From a virus (lineage: Duplodnaviria; Caudoviricetes): DNA of 51,493 nt. The stretch covers positions 1-51,493 of IMG/VR virus record IMGVR_UViG_3300045955_000245. The stretch is one strand, 5' to 3'. The notes under the pieces were generated by a model. It searched no databases. It was not told the origin of the DNA and saw only the letters and a list, made by a program, of their open reading frames with translations. Positions within the stretch are counted from its first letter, which is position 1; each line of letters starts with the position of its first letter. Both the position numbers and the translations under genes were made by a program. Below, one piece after another: positions 17,138 to 26,621 of the stretch.

Positions 17138-17389
17138 TTACGGCGCTAGCCGGTCATTGTGCGCCATCTGCTGGCTCACGCGGATGGCATCGCGCGTCAA
17201 ATCCTGCTGCCGTTCCGCGAGTGCCGTGCCCTGCAAGGCCAACCCGCGCCAGAAGTCGCGGTCGCGCTCGACCGCCGCCACGTACCAGCCATACGCCCAC
17301 CACTTGCGGGCGCCCGTCAGCACGACGACGAGCAGCATCGTCACCGGCACGCCGAACCGCTCGACGAGGGGAATCCAGTCGTCAAACAC
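17138..17389 (-). CDS. Holin-like single-TM protein
   Basis: FGVPVTMLLVVVLTG TM then a coiled coil; start of the lysis region. Confidence 0.5.
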   Translation of the reverse strand: MFDDWIPLVERFGVPVTMLLVVVLTGARKWWAYGWYVAAVERDRDFWRGLALQGTALAERQQDLTRDAIRVSQQMAHNDRLAP

Positions 17390-17457
17390 GGCGCGTGTCC
17401 GTTCCCGCGGCGAGCGTCGTGCCCAGGAAGGTGCCGGCCAGCGTGGCGGTGTTCACG

Positions 17458-18669
17458 TCAGGTGCCCACCGTCGCCACCCACGAGCGGCCGCCGCCGCCC
17501 CTGAGCTCGAGCACCAGTTGGCTCACGCGCAGCGCCGACCCGCTGACGTACTGGTAGCCGTAGGTCTCCTGGTTGGGCACCGTGCCGTGCGCCACGGCGC
17601 TGCGGGCGTAGAAGTAGGTCGTCAGCGGTTGCGCGGACGCGATGGTCGAGAACGACGTGCCGAACAGCACCCGCAGCAGCGCCAACCCACCGAGCGCCGC
17701 CTCGCCCCGCACGAGCGCGCAGAGTTGCCCGTTGTAGCTCAGGATCGAGCCGAGTTGGTCGGCCGGCAGCGGCGGCGCGCCGAAGGTGTACACGTCCTGC
17801 GCGTCGGTGCCGCCGTCGGCCCGGACGTAGGCCGCGTCGTTGTCGGCGATGGTCTCGCCGACCGCCTCCAGATTGGTGGCGGCGCCCACCGGCGTCCAGA
17901 CGACGAAGCCGCCGCCGGGTGTGGCCGGACCGCTGGTGGGCAGGTAGGCCCGCACCGGCCGGTAGCCGGTGAGCTGCGATTCGAACGTCCCGCCGCTGCT
18001 CGTACTCGGCCCCAACAGGTGCGTGTACAGGTCGCACACGTCCACCCGCACCGCGTTGCCGCCGTCCTGGTTGCCGAACCGGACGCGGGTCAGCTGGGGG
18101 TTGGCCATCACCCCGACGTCGACCGGCGTGATGCCGTCCGCGTCGAGCACCGCGTCGCCGTCCACCCGCACCAGCGCCCGGCCGGTCCCCGGCGTGCCGG
18201 CGCCGTCGCCCAGGCGCAGCGCGATCTCCAGAAACACCCAGGTATCGAAGGGCAGCGCGCCGGTCCCGGTGGCCACCACGGTCGTCGGGTCGCTGACGGC
18301 GAACGTGCCGTCGCTGCGTAACCGAATCTGGGTCAACTCGGTGCGCGTGCCCAGCGCCGGCGTGGCGTCGTAGATGCCCTGCACCAGCGCGATCGACGTG
18401 GTGGCGCCCCACGTCCCGGAGTGGACGTACACCGAGCCGCCCCACGCCAGGTAGGTGCGGGCCGCCCCCGACCGGTGGAAGGCGTGCTCGACGCTGGTCG
18501 CGCCGCCGTCGAACCGCAGCGCGCTGCCGGCGGTGCGGCCGTCCACCAGTTGGGGCGTGCCCTGCACCACGGCGTACTTCTGGCCCACGTCGGCCGCCGC
18601 GTAGTGGCTGCACGAGTCCACGAACCAGTCGAGCTGTTGCAGCACCAGCGGGTAATCGGAGGAGGGCAC
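17458..18669 (-). CDS. Tail fibre/receptor-binding candidate
   Basis: Beta-rich lectin-like segment (TWVFLEIAL...VRVDG); last tail gene. Confidence 0.5.
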   Translation of the reverse strand: MPSSDYPLVLQQLDWFVDSCSHYAAADVGQKYAVVQGTPQLVDGRTAGSALRFDGGATSVEHAFHRSGAARTYLAWGGSVYVHSGTWGATTSIALVQGIYDATPALGTRTELTQIRLRSDGTFAVSDPTTVVATGTGALPFDTWVFLEIALRLGDGAGTPGTGRALVRVDGDAVLDADGITPVDVGVMANPQLTRVRFGNQDGGNAVRVDVCDLYTHLLGPSTSSGGTFESQLTGYRPVRAYLPTSGPATPGGGFVVWTPVGAATNLEAVGETIADNDAAYVRADGGTDAQDVYTFGAPPLPADQLGSILSYNGQLCALVRGEAALGGLALLRVLFGTSFSTIASAQPLTTYFYARSAVAHGTVPNQETYGYQYVSGSALRVSQLVLELRGGGGRSWVATVGT

Positions 18670-18696
18670 CGGATTACTCCACCCCTCTCCCTACCC

Positions 18697-19188
18697 CTAC
18701 ACCGGCCGCAGCCGCAGCGTCAGCGTCGCTAGGTTGATGCCCGACGCACTGCTCACGAAGGGGCGGAGCACCTGGCCCGCACTCAGGAGCGTCGTCCACC
18801 CGGTCATCGGCAGCGCGTCCGAGTCGTTCTTTTGGGCCGCGGTGAGCGACGGCGGCGCCGCCGCGCAGATGGACGCCACCGTCGGGTAGGCCGCGTAGGA
18901 CGCCGCCACCCGCAGGTCGACCGTCAGCGAGCCGGTGGTGTCGGCCAGGAGCGTCCAGCCGACGATCTCGTAGGACCAGGCAAGGTGCAGGTTGGCCTTC
19001 TGCCCGGTCGCCAACTGCGAGCCGCCGCCGTCGAGCACGACGAACAGGTGCTCGACGCGGTGCCGGTCACCCAGGTGCTCACTCACCAAATCCGTGGCCT
19101 GCCGCACCGCTTCGGCGACGGCGCGATCCTGCAACCCTTGTAAGGCACCGGGAAGCCGAGCGAGTTGTTGGTCGAGGTCGACTGCCAT
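18697..19188 (-). CDS. Minor tail protein
   Basis: Position in the tail module; beta-rich. Confidence 0.5.
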   Translation of the reverse strand: MAVDLDQQLARLPGALQGLQDRAVAEAVRQATDLVSEHLGDRHRVEHLFVVLDGGGSQLATGQKANLHLAWSYEIVGWTLLADTTGSLTVDLRVAASYAAYPTVASICAAAPPSLTAAQKNDSDALPMTGWTTLLSAGQVLRPFVSSASGINLATLTLRLRPV

Positions 19189-19197
19189 CTCCGTTGT

Positions 19198-20415
19198 CTA
19201 CGCCGCCGCCCGTTGGGCCACGCCCAAGGTCTGCGTCCAGCGCCCGCGGTCGAAACTCCACGAGATGTGCTCGAGCCAGTAGTGGGCGTCCAACTGGAGC
19301 GTCTCGGGCGCCAGCACCCGTACCGTGTGACCGGGCTCCAACCGGTCACCCCTATACGTAGGGATGCTGCCCCGCGTAATCGTAGAGTTGACCATCGCCA
19401 GGCGGTACTCGGCCTGCTGCTGGCAGCTGCGCCCCTGGCCAGCCGTCCCGGCCTCGCGCTCGAGCCATTGGCTTTCGGTGGCTTCGGTGGCGCTCTCCTG
19501 GCCCGGCGGCAGGATGGCATTCGTCCCGACGGCGGTGTACGTCAACTTGCTCTCGCCGGAGTGCCAGCCGTCCACGCGAGCGCGGTTGGCCACGTGGTCG
19601 CGCTCGTTGATGGTCGAGTCGGCGCCGTCCAGGATGTGCTGGCCCTGTACCAGCGCGGCGAACTCGCTCGCCGCCTCCGGGATGGCGGTCTGGTGCGTGC
19701 GGTAAATCTGCCCGTCGATGCCCTCGTAGGTGCGGAAGGCGCCTGGTTGGCCGCCCACTACCTGGGTAGACACTTCGTCTATCCGCTCGATGCAGTCCAG
19801 CCCGGTTTCGCCCTCCTTCCACACGAAGGGGTTGAGCTTCTTGTCGGCGTTGTAGCCGATGGTGCCCCACAGCGCGCCGGTGCCGCCGATGTTCTCTACC
19901 GTGTAGGGCACCCCGCAGCGGTCGAGGATCAGGCGCACCATCTCGTCGTCCGACCGGCCGGCGCCGCCGTTGCTCAGGTCGGTGCCGCCCTCTTCCAGGT
20001 TGCGATACCACACCGCGCGGTGGAGGCGCCCTCGCAACTCCCACGTCTTGTGCGCCGGCAGCACGCTCCTCTGGAGTTTGACGAAGTACCCGTAGAACCG
20101 GGTGTACTTCTCGGCCTCGGTTGGGCCAACCCGGATTTCGACCAGCTGCCACGGCGCCGGCTCGGGCTGCGCACCGTACTCGCCGTGCACGTCGGCGGCC
20201 ACCGTCACGCTGGCGCGAGCCACGCGCATGTCGAAGCCAAACTCGGCCGACGCCGCCACCGGCAACGTGTGTTGACTGCCGGCAACGTAGACCTCTAAGA
20301 CGGGCGATTGCTCGATCACATCTGGGACGGGCGGCGGTGCGAGCGCCAGCACCAGCGTGCCGCTGCCGGGTTCGCTGCCCGCCTCGCCCAACTCGAACAG
20401 GTCGCCGTCGGCCAT
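19198..20415 (-). CDS. Baseplate hub/Tal-like tail protein
   Basis: RFYGYF, LEPGHTVRV...YWLEHISWSF hub-type C-terminus. Confidence 0.6.
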   Translation of the reverse strand: MADGDLFELGEAGSEPGSGTLVLALAPPPVPDVIEQSPVLEVYVAGSQHTLPVAASAEFGFDMRVARASVTVAADVHGEYGAQPEPAPWQLVEIRVGPTEAEKYTRFYGYFVKLQRSVLPAHKTWELRGRLHRAVWYRNLEEGGTDLSNGGAGRSDDEMVRLILDRCGVPYTVENIGGTGALWGTIGYNADKKLNPFVWKEGETGLDCIERIDEVSTQVVGGQPGAFRTYEGIDGQIYRTHQTAIPEAASEFAALVQGQHILDGADSTINERDHVANRARVDGWHSGESKLTYTAVGTNAILPPGQESATEATESQWLEREAGTAGQGRSCQQQAEYRLAMVNSTITRGSIPTYRGDRLEPGHTVRVLAPETLQLDAHYWLEHISWSFDRGRWTQTLGVAQRAAA

Positions 20416-20467
20416 ACTCGCTCGCTCGTTCGGTCGCTCGGTCGCTCGGTCGCTCGCTCAAGAACGC

Positions 20468-20941
20468 CTAGGTAAAGAGCAGATAGGCGCCGTACAGGTT
20501 GGGATCGGCCGCGCCGTCGCCGCCGTACCAGCCGATTTGGAGTTGGCAGGCGGCGATCCGTGCGTCGGGCGGCACGTCAATCGCGTCAGTCAGGAACCAT
20601 ACCGTCGCGGTGTGGCTCCCGGCGCTGGTCAGTAGCACCTTCCACCCGGGATCGCTGCTCGCCAGGTTGAGGTTGGTGCTGGTCGGGTGGTAGCGGACTT
20701 GTATCTGGTGCGCCGCCACCAGCGTAATATCTGGGAAGGCGTACAGGCGCACCGTCTGGGTGCCCCGCAGGTCGACTAACCGGCGCTGCGTGGCGTCCTG
20801 GCTGAGCGGGTTGAACTGGCCGGCCGCCGGGTTGCTACACGTCGCCGAGTTGACCCCGTCATTCTCCTTGAGCACCAGCATCCCACCGGCGCCGCCGCCA
20901 CCGGGCACCGCGACGCGCGGGTTGCCACCGAACCCGGTCAT
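20468..20941 (-). CDS. Virion-associated hypothetical protein
   Basis: Coupled within the tail operon. Confidence 0.5.
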   Translation of the reverse strand: MTGFGGNPRVAVPGGGGAGGMLVLKENDGVNSATCSNPAAGQFNPLSQDATQRRLVDLRGTQTVRLYAFPDITLVAAHQIQVRYHPTSTNLNLASSDPGWKVLLTSAGSHTATVWFLTDAIDVPPDARIAACQLQIGWYGGDGAADPNLYGAYLLFT

Positions 20942-20943
20942 GC

Positions 20944-21354
20944 TCAATAATCCCCCGCATCGGCGGCCACGACGACGAAACTCTCGGCCAGGTGGGTACT
21001 CACCTTGATGACGGCCGACGCCGGCAGCACCAGCACCGGCCGGCCGTCCGTCCTGACCCATTCTTCTTCCCACGTCGCCACCGATGCACTCGCGGTGACG
21101 CTATCAACGGTGAACTCATGCACCAGCCGCGTCGTTGAACCCACGGTGACGAACAGGCGCACCATGCCCGCCGACGTGGACGAGCCGTCGCCCTTGGCGA
21201 GCACGCGCTCGATGCGGGCACCCAGCGTGCCGGCGGTAAACAGCGTGCCGTAGGTGCCGGTGATGCCGTCGCGGTTGGTGTTCGCCGTCGAGATGCCCAC
21301 GATCGGCATCTGCGGCGTGTACGGGAAGATCGGGTTGGTGTTGGGCGCGGCCAT
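20944..21354 (-). CDS. Virion-associated hypothetical protein
   Basis: MAAPNTNPIF...TANTNRDG...LFTAG..GARIE; GGAG RBS. Confidence 0.6.
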   Translation of the reverse strand: MAAPNTNPIFPYTPQMPIVGISTANTNRDGITGTYGTLFTAGTLGARIERVLAKGDGSSTSAGMVRLFVTVGSTTRLVHEFTVDSVTASASVATWEEEWVRTDGRPVLVLPASAVIKVSTHLAESFVVVAADAGDY

Positions 21355-21375
21355 CGCTTGCTCCCTCTCTGTCGA

Positions 21376-21891
21376 TTAAAAGTTGTAGTTGGCGGCGTGA
21401 TAGAGCGCCGCCGCGACGCGCACCCGCCCCGGCACGACAGCCGCGGCCTCGGCATCGAGTCCACCAACCGCACTGGCCCGCAGCACGGCCCGCTCGTTCG
21501 TCTCGTCCGCTTCCAGCGTCAGCCCGGCGCCCTCGACGGCGATGTCCCTGGCCGTTTGGACTACGGCGCCGCCCCGGTAGAAGGCGACCAGGTGGTCGAG
21601 CAACGCCTCGGTGACGACCGGCCGAAAGACGGAGCCAGCGGCGAACGCCTGGGCCGGGAACCGCGCCGCGTCCTCGTTGGCCCTGGTAAGCGTGACCTGG
21701 TTGGCGACGACGGCGGTGCCCAGTGCCAACTCGAACGTGCCATCGGTGGCGTTCTCCAATCTGACCGGGAATACGCCGTCGGTGGGCAGGATGCTGGGGT
21801 CGGTGACGATCGCCGTGGTGTCGCTGTCGCTCAGCGCGACGGCCAGACTGGTGGCCGGGCTATTGCCAATTCCGTAACGGTCGGTGGGCAT
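21376..21891 (-). CDS. Virion-associated hypothetical protein
   Basis: Position in the tail operon; AAAAGG RBS. Confidence 0.55.
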   Translation of the reverse strand: MPTDRYGIGNSPATSLAVALSDSDTTAIVTDPSILPTDGVFPVRLENATDGTFELALGTAVVANQVTLTRANEDAARFPAQAFAAGSVFRPVVTEALLDHLVAFYRGGAVVQTARDIAVEGAGLTLEADETNERAVLRASAVGGLDAEAAAVVPGRVRVAAALYHAANYNF

Positions 21892-21912
21892 CCTTTTTCC
21901 TTACGAGATGGG

Positions 21913-22251
21913 TTAGCCGGTGATCGTGAACCGTAGGCGCATCCGGCGCCACTCGGGATCCCACCAGTTCGCCTCGGTGGCGCTGGTCAACACGGCGCTG
22001 TGCGTGCCGCCCCAGTAGACCAACGTGCCCGACTGGTTCAGGCCGCCGAGTACGCGGTTCACCTGGGTTTGCGTTTGGCAGAGCACGTCCAAGTTCAGAT
22101 GCGGGAGCTGGTTGCCGGCCCGCTGGACGACGACAGTGTTGCCCCAGGGCACGTTGAGCTCGTGCACCGTGGCTTCCTGGCTATACTCCCGGCCGTCGAG
22201 CAGCGCGTCGAACGACGCCTCGACGCCGGGATAGGTGAATGAATCAGGCAT
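21913..22251 (-). CDS. Distal tail-like protein
   Basis: First same-strand structural gene after the tape measure gene. Confidence 0.5.
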   Translation of the reverse strand: MPDSFTYPGVEASFDALLDGREYSQEATVHELNVPWGNTVVVQRAGNQLPHLNLDVLCQTQTQVNRVLGGLNQSGTLVYWGGTHSAVLTSATEANWWDPEWRRMRLRFTITG

Positions 22252-22451
22252 CGTATTGGCTACCTACCCTGCTCGCCGCCGCCGTGGGGTTGGCCGTCGT
22301 CTTTCTCGTGCTAGTCGGCCTGTTCTTGCTGTTCCGCGCCTTCTGGTTGTGGTATTGGAAGCTCGACCGCATCGCCGCCGATATCGAGACGGCCAACGAG
22401 TTGTTGGCCCAAATCCGCGACCTGCTCCGGGCACGCGAGCGCGAGCGGTAG
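22239..22451 (+). CDS. Small single-TM membrane protein, antisense to the tail operon
   Basis: LLAAAVGLAVVFLVLVGLFLLFRAFWLWYWKLDRI plus an amphipathic helix. Confidence 0.65.
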   Translation: MNQASYWLPTLLAAAVGLAVVFLVLVGLFLLFRAFWLWYWKLDRIAADIETANELLAQIRDLLRARERER

Positions 22452-22461
22452 TCCATCGCCG

Positions 22462-24087
22462 TCATTCCGTGGGCAGCACGCCGCCGAGCGTGACCGAAGG
22501 CGACGGCTCCGCCTGACTGGCCGCCTCCAAGATGGCCGCCATCACCTGGGCGCCGAGTGCCTCGATCTGCGCGCTGTCGGTGGCGTCGATGCGGGCCACG
22601 GCGACAACCGGGCCGTTGACCGTCACGCCGCCGGTGAACGCGCTCCCGCCGCCGCCCGCCGCGCCAAAGGCGGCGCCCAAGGGCGGCGGCCGTCCCGCCT
22701 GGATGGCCGCCGCCGCCGGACCCAGCGCGGCGCCGATCAGGGGCAGGTTAGAGAAGAAGAGAATCTGGTCCTCGATCATCTTGCGCGTGTTGGCGATCAT
22801 GTCGGCGATGCGCGTCTCGATGGACGCGATGGCGCCCAGGACGGTCGTGACCATGACCGGGATATTCTGCTCAAGCCAGGTCTTCCACTCGATGAACTTG
22901 GCGATCACCACGTCCAGCGCCGCCGGGCCATTGGTCTGGATGAACGCGGCGAACTCCTGAAACTTGCCGGCCGCCGTCTCGACGATGCCCGGCAGGTTGG
23001 CCCGCAGCCACTCGAACCACTTGGGGACGTTCTGCACCAGCCAGCTGCCCAGGGCCTGCAGCGACGTGAACCACTGGTGAAACGTCTGCGCGCTGTTCGG
23101 CCCGAACACCTGGCCCAAGATAATCTCCAGGGACACCAGGCCGGCGTGGAGGAGGTCCAGCCCGTGCGCCTGGGCAATCCGGCCGGTCATCACCAGGAAC
23201 GTCCCGAGCGGCTGGATCAGCGATTGCACGCCCGAGCGGACGCGCTGCACGAAGTCGGTGAACGTCTGCGTCTGCAGGAAGTCCGCCAGGTCGATGGCTA
23301 GACTCTCCACCAGATCAAAGAGCGGCTTGAAGGCGTCCGCCAGCCCGAACCCGACGGCGTCCTTGATATTCGCGATGGCGCCCAGCAGCTTCCTGGCTTG
23401 CTTGGCCATCAGCCCGCCGAAGTTGGCCCGCAAGAACGCCCGCAGCGCCGCCAGGAAGAAGTCCGCGGGCACCTTGCCGGCCTCGATCAGCTTCTGGGTC
23501 TCGATGCCCGTCTTGCCGAGCGCCTCGGCAAGGATCCGTTGGGCCGGGATGCCGGCCTCCGTCAGCTGCAGCAGCTCGTCGCCCTGGACGCGGCCCTTGG
23601 CCTGGATTTGGCCCACGGCGGTGATCAGCCGGTTCAGGCCGCCGGGGCCGAGATTGAGTCCGGCCGCGGCGTCGCCCAGATTGGTCAGCAGCGGGATGAC
23701 GTCGTTGACCGAGAAGCCGAAGGCGAGCAACCGTTGCTGCGCCTCCAGCAACTGCGGCAGCTCGAACGGGGTCGCGATCGCGAACTGCTTCAAGCGGTTC
23801 AACTGGTCGCCGGCCGCCTTGCTCGAGCCGAGCATCGTCTCCAGGGCGAGCGACGAGCCTTCCAGCGTCGAGTTGAGTCCGAAAATCGAGTCGCCCACGG
23901 ACGAGACGACGCCGGTGATGGCGTTCAGCCCGAGCATCCCGCCGACGAAGCCCAGCGCCGTACCGGCCGCGTTGGTCAGGAAGTTGCCCGTGGAGGACAC
24001 GGCGCGGTTGACCCGCGAGAGGCCGCTCAGGGCGGCGGCCACGTCGCTCGTGACCTGCACCTGGAGTTGCGCTGCGCTTATAGCCAT
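22462..24087 (-). CDS. Tape measure protein
   Basis: LETMLGS...FAIATPFELPQL...LGDAAAG...GQIQAKGRVQGDELLQL.EAGIP domain; Trp/Phe-spaced repeats. Confidence 0.9.
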   Translation of the reverse strand: MAISAAQLQVQVTSDVAAALSGLSRVNRAVSSTGNFLTNAAGTALGFVGGMLGLNAITGVVSSVGDSIFGLNSTLEGSSLALETMLGSSKAAGDQLNRLKQFAIATPFELPQLLEAQQRLLAFGFSVNDVIPLLTNLGDAAAGLNLGPGGLNRLITAVGQIQAKGRVQGDELLQLTEAGIPAQRILAEALGKTGIETQKLIEAGKVPADFFLAALRAFLRANFGGLMAKQARKLLGAIANIKDAVGFGLADAFKPLFDLVESLAIDLADFLQTQTFTDFVQRVRSGVQSLIQPLGTFLVMTGRIAQAHGLDLLHAGLVSLEIILGQVFGPNSAQTFHQWFTSLQALGSWLVQNVPKWFEWLRANLPGIVETAAGKFQEFAAFIQTNGPAALDVVIAKFIEWKTWLEQNIPVMVTTVLGAIASIETRIADMIANTRKMIEDQILFFSNLPLIGAALGPAAAAIQAGRPPPLGAAFGAAGGGGSAFTGGVTVNGPVVAVARIDATDSAQIEALGAQVMAAILEAASQAEPSPSVTLGGVLPTE

Positions 24088-24330
24088 CTAGGCACCGCCC
24101 CCGCCGCCGGCACCGATCGTTCGGCCGCTCGGAGCCGCCCGCCGCCGGGCCGACGCCTGCGCCCGTTGGTGCTGCCAGCGCTCCTCCCGCTGCCGCCACT
24201 GGAGGAAGCGGCCCCACTCCAGGTACTCGGCGGCGCTCATGCGGGCTCGCAACTCGGCCACCGTCATACTTAGCCGCTCCGCCAGGGCGTACTCGAAGGC
24301 CAGGTCGTTATCCAGCGTCCGCGGGCTGAA
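24088..24330 (-). CDS. Tail assembly chaperone C-terminal (gpT-like) frame, probably reached by frameshift
   Basis: FEYALAERLSMTVAELRARMSAAEYLEW; overlaps the end of the chaperone gene in the +1 frame. Confidence 0.6.
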   Translation of the reverse strand, partial: FSPRTLDNDLAFEYALAERLSMTVAELRARMSAAEYLEWGRFLQWRQREERWQHQRAQASARRRAAPSGRTIGAGGGGGA

Positions 24331-24730
24331 ACGCGGCGGCGGACGCAGTTTGCTGCGCCGCCGTCAACCCCGACAACTCTAAGATGGCATCGGTGATGGT
24401 TTGGGCCACCGACGGCTCGAGCGAGTCGAACAGTGACGCCGCCTCGGCCTCCGACTCAATAGGTGGGTGCACGAAGGCGAAGAGCCACGTCAGATGCTCG
24501 GCCCGCTCCAAATCCTGGCCGGGCAACCCTACCTCGGCACGCCGGTTGATCTGGTGCTGCGCGTGCCTCGACAACTGTCGGATGCGCACCCGCACACCGC
24601 CCGCAAGGTCGAGGTCGCGCTCGGCCATCGGCGCCACCGTCCGCAGTTGGTCGAGCGTGGCGTAGCCCGCCTGCCCGTTCTGGCTCGGCGCCGCTGCGTG
24701 GTAGGCCACGGTCGTCTCGCTCATGATCAC
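24308..24730 (-). CDS. Tail assembly chaperone (gpG-like)
   Basis: VRIRQLS...AILELSGL; between the tail tube and tape measure genes. Confidence 0.7.
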   Translation of the reverse strand: MIMSETTVAYHAAAPSQNGQAGYATLDQLRTVAPMAERDLDLAGGVRVRIRQLSRHAQHQINRRAEVGLPGQDLERAEHLTWLFAFVHPPIESEAEAASLFDSLEPSVAQTITDAILELSGLTAAQQTASAAAFQPADAG

Positions 24731-25053
24731 GTCGCGCTGAACGCCGCCACGGTCACGCCGGTCACACCCGTATAGGTCAAATCAACCTTCCCATCGGCGC
24801 TGTTGAACCGTGCCGTCGGGAACGGACCCACCACGGTCTCGCCGGTACTCGTGATTTGCACCGTAATATCGTGGTCGAATCCTTGATCGCACGCCGTCAC
24901 GCTGTTCGCGGTGACCGAGATGGCGGCGCCGGTGCTCTTGAAATACAGGAAGGTGGTGCCGTTGTTGGTGAAGCGGTCGCCGCCGCCCGCCGCCGACACG
25001 TAGGACACGGTGACGCCGCTCAGCGTCGGCGTCTGGACTGCCAGATCGGCCAT
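24727..25053 (-). CDS. Virion-associated protein
   Basis: GGGDRFTNNG...VGPFP..RFN; AAGGAG RBS. Confidence 0.55.
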   Translation of the reverse strand: MADLAVQTPTLSGVTVSYVSAAGGGDRFTNNGTTFLYFKSTGAAISVTANSVTACDQGFDHDITVQITSTGETVVGPFPTARFNSADGKVDLTYTGVTGVTVAAFSAT

Positions 25054-25078
25054 GCTCGTCGCTCCTTGCCGTAGCGGA

Positions 25079-25507
25079 TTACTGCGTGGTGTTGTCGAGC
25101 GCGCCGCTCACGCTGAAGTCGGCCGTGCCCCGCGCCGCGTCGCCGTCGGCGTCGGTCTCGGCCTCGACGTTCGACCAGTAGACCTCGCAATCGACCTCGG
25201 CCAACCCGGCGCCGGCGCCCTCCGGCCGGTAGCGCAGCGAGCACGCGACGACGCTGGCGCCCTGGTCGATGTGCGAGCGCAGCGCGGCCCAAATCGTCTG
25301 GTCGTACCAGAACTCGATACTCCCCGAACTCTCAGCCGGCCCGACGACGGCGGCGCTGGCGTTGCCGCCGCCCCTTTTCAAGAAGGTCGGCTCGCGGTCG
25401 GTGGTGAACGTCACGCTCGAGATGAATTGCGAATAGTTGGTGAGCGCGCCGCCGGGCGTGGCGTCGAAGTGCAACTCGTAGACATTCGGCGGGACCGGAA
25501 ACGCCAT
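25079..25507 (-). CDS. Major tail (tube) protein
   Basis: Position, size, beta-rich with ADFSVSG C-terminus. Confidence 0.6.
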   Translation of the reverse strand: MAFPVPPNVYELHFDATPGGALTNYSQFISSVTFTTDREPTFLKRGGGNASAAVVGPAESSGSIEFWYDQTIWAALRSHIDQGASVVACSLRYRPEGAGAGLAEVDCEVYWSNVEAETDADGDAARGTADFSVSGALDNTTQ

Positions 25508-25539
25508 CGCGTGTGCTCCTTACCTAACCTGGACTGGGA

Positions 25540-25968
25540 CTAGTTGGGGTTGGCCTGCACCAGCATTTCATAGAAGCCGCCGCGGTGGTTGACCCGCCGC
25601 CCCTGGGGGAACTCGACCAGCGAGAACGCGCCCACCCGGCGGCACATCAGCACCGAGCCCTCCGGCACCGTGCCCGTGGTGCGGTCGAGCAGCGTGTCGA
25701 TGCGCGACGCGGCGACGTTGCCGTCCCACAAATCTTCGCCCTCGAAGATGACCCGCACCAGATAGGTGAGCCGGGCGGCCGTGCGGACGTTGTTGCCGGC
25801 CAGGTCGTCGCCCGCCGTCTGCAAGGTGATCAGCCCGTGCGGCCGGGTGACGCCCTGCGGCGGCGCGCCGTTGTAGATGCGGTCGATCCACACCGATTGC
25901 AGGATCGGATCGACGTTCAGCCGCCTCCAAAGGAAGGATTCACAAATATCCAATTCGAACGTCGCCAT
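25540..25968 (-). CDS. Tail terminator/completion protein
   Basis: RIYNGAPPQG..RP...YLVRV...RIDTLL. Confidence 0.65.
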   Translation of the reverse strand: MATFELDICESFLWRRLNVDPILQSVWIDRIYNGAPPQGVTRPHGLITLQTAGDDLAGNNVRTAARLTYLVRVIFEGEDLWDGNVAASRIDTLLDRTTGTVPEGSVLMCRRVGAFSLVEFPQGRRVNHRGGFYEMLVQANPN

Positions 25969-26060
25969 CACCACACGCTCCGGTGTACAATGAAGGCGCC
26001 AAGACGCCCCCGCGCTGCGTCAACAGCCGGGGGCACGGCACCCAGACTCAGGAGGTCTGA

Positions 26061-26600
26061 ATGCCCAACCAGCGTACCACTCGATCCCACCACGTTTCTG
26101 GCCCTAAGCCACGGCCACTGACCGATCGGTTCTGGGCGAAAGTCCAGAAAACCAAGTCGTGCTGGCTGTGGACCGGGAGCCGCAACGAGCACGGCTACGG
26201 GAGCATCCTGGGCAATGACCGCCGCTTGATCCACGCGCACCGCGTCTCGTGGGAACTGGCGAACGGCCCAATCCCCGCCGGCGTGGACGTGCTCCACAAC
26301 TGCCCCGGCGGCGACAACCCGTCCTGCGTCAATCCGGCCCACCTGTGGCTCGGCACGGCGACGGACAATAGCCGGGACATGGTGCGGAAGGGCCGCCACT
26401 ACGCCCACGCCACGCCCGAGCGCGTCCTGCGTGGCGAGCGGCACGGACACGCTAAGTTGACCGATGCCCAAGTCCGCACCATCCGCGCCCGCTACGCCCA
26501 GGGCGGCGTCACACAAACCGAACTCGGCCGGCAATTCGGCGTCCACGTCAGCCTCGTGCATCTGATTGTCCACGGGCGTATCTGGCGTCATTTGCTGTAG
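26061..26600 (+). CDS. HNH homing-type endonuclease with C-terminal HTH
   Basis: RFWAKV...CWLWTG...AHRVSW...VLHNCPGGDNPSCVNPAHLWLGT..DN...AKLT. Confidence 0.9.
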   Translation: MPNQRTTRSHHVSGPKPRPLTDRFWAKVQKTKSCWLWTGSRNEHGYGSILGNDRRLIHAHRVSWELANGPIPAGVDVLHNCPGGDNPSCVNPAHLWLGTATDNSRDMVRKGRHYAHATPERVLRGERHGHAKLTDAQVRTIRARYAQGGVTQTELGRQFGVHVSLVHLIVHGRIWRHLL

Positions 26601-26621
26601 GTCGAACTCGAAGGTCGCCAT

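Noticed and set aside
16819-18321. Long plus-strand ORFs opposite structural genes (also 19165..20298, 28959..30263, 31326..32654)
   Set aside because: Shadow frames typical of high-GC DNA; no motifs or RBS, and fully overlapping well-supported minus-strand genes
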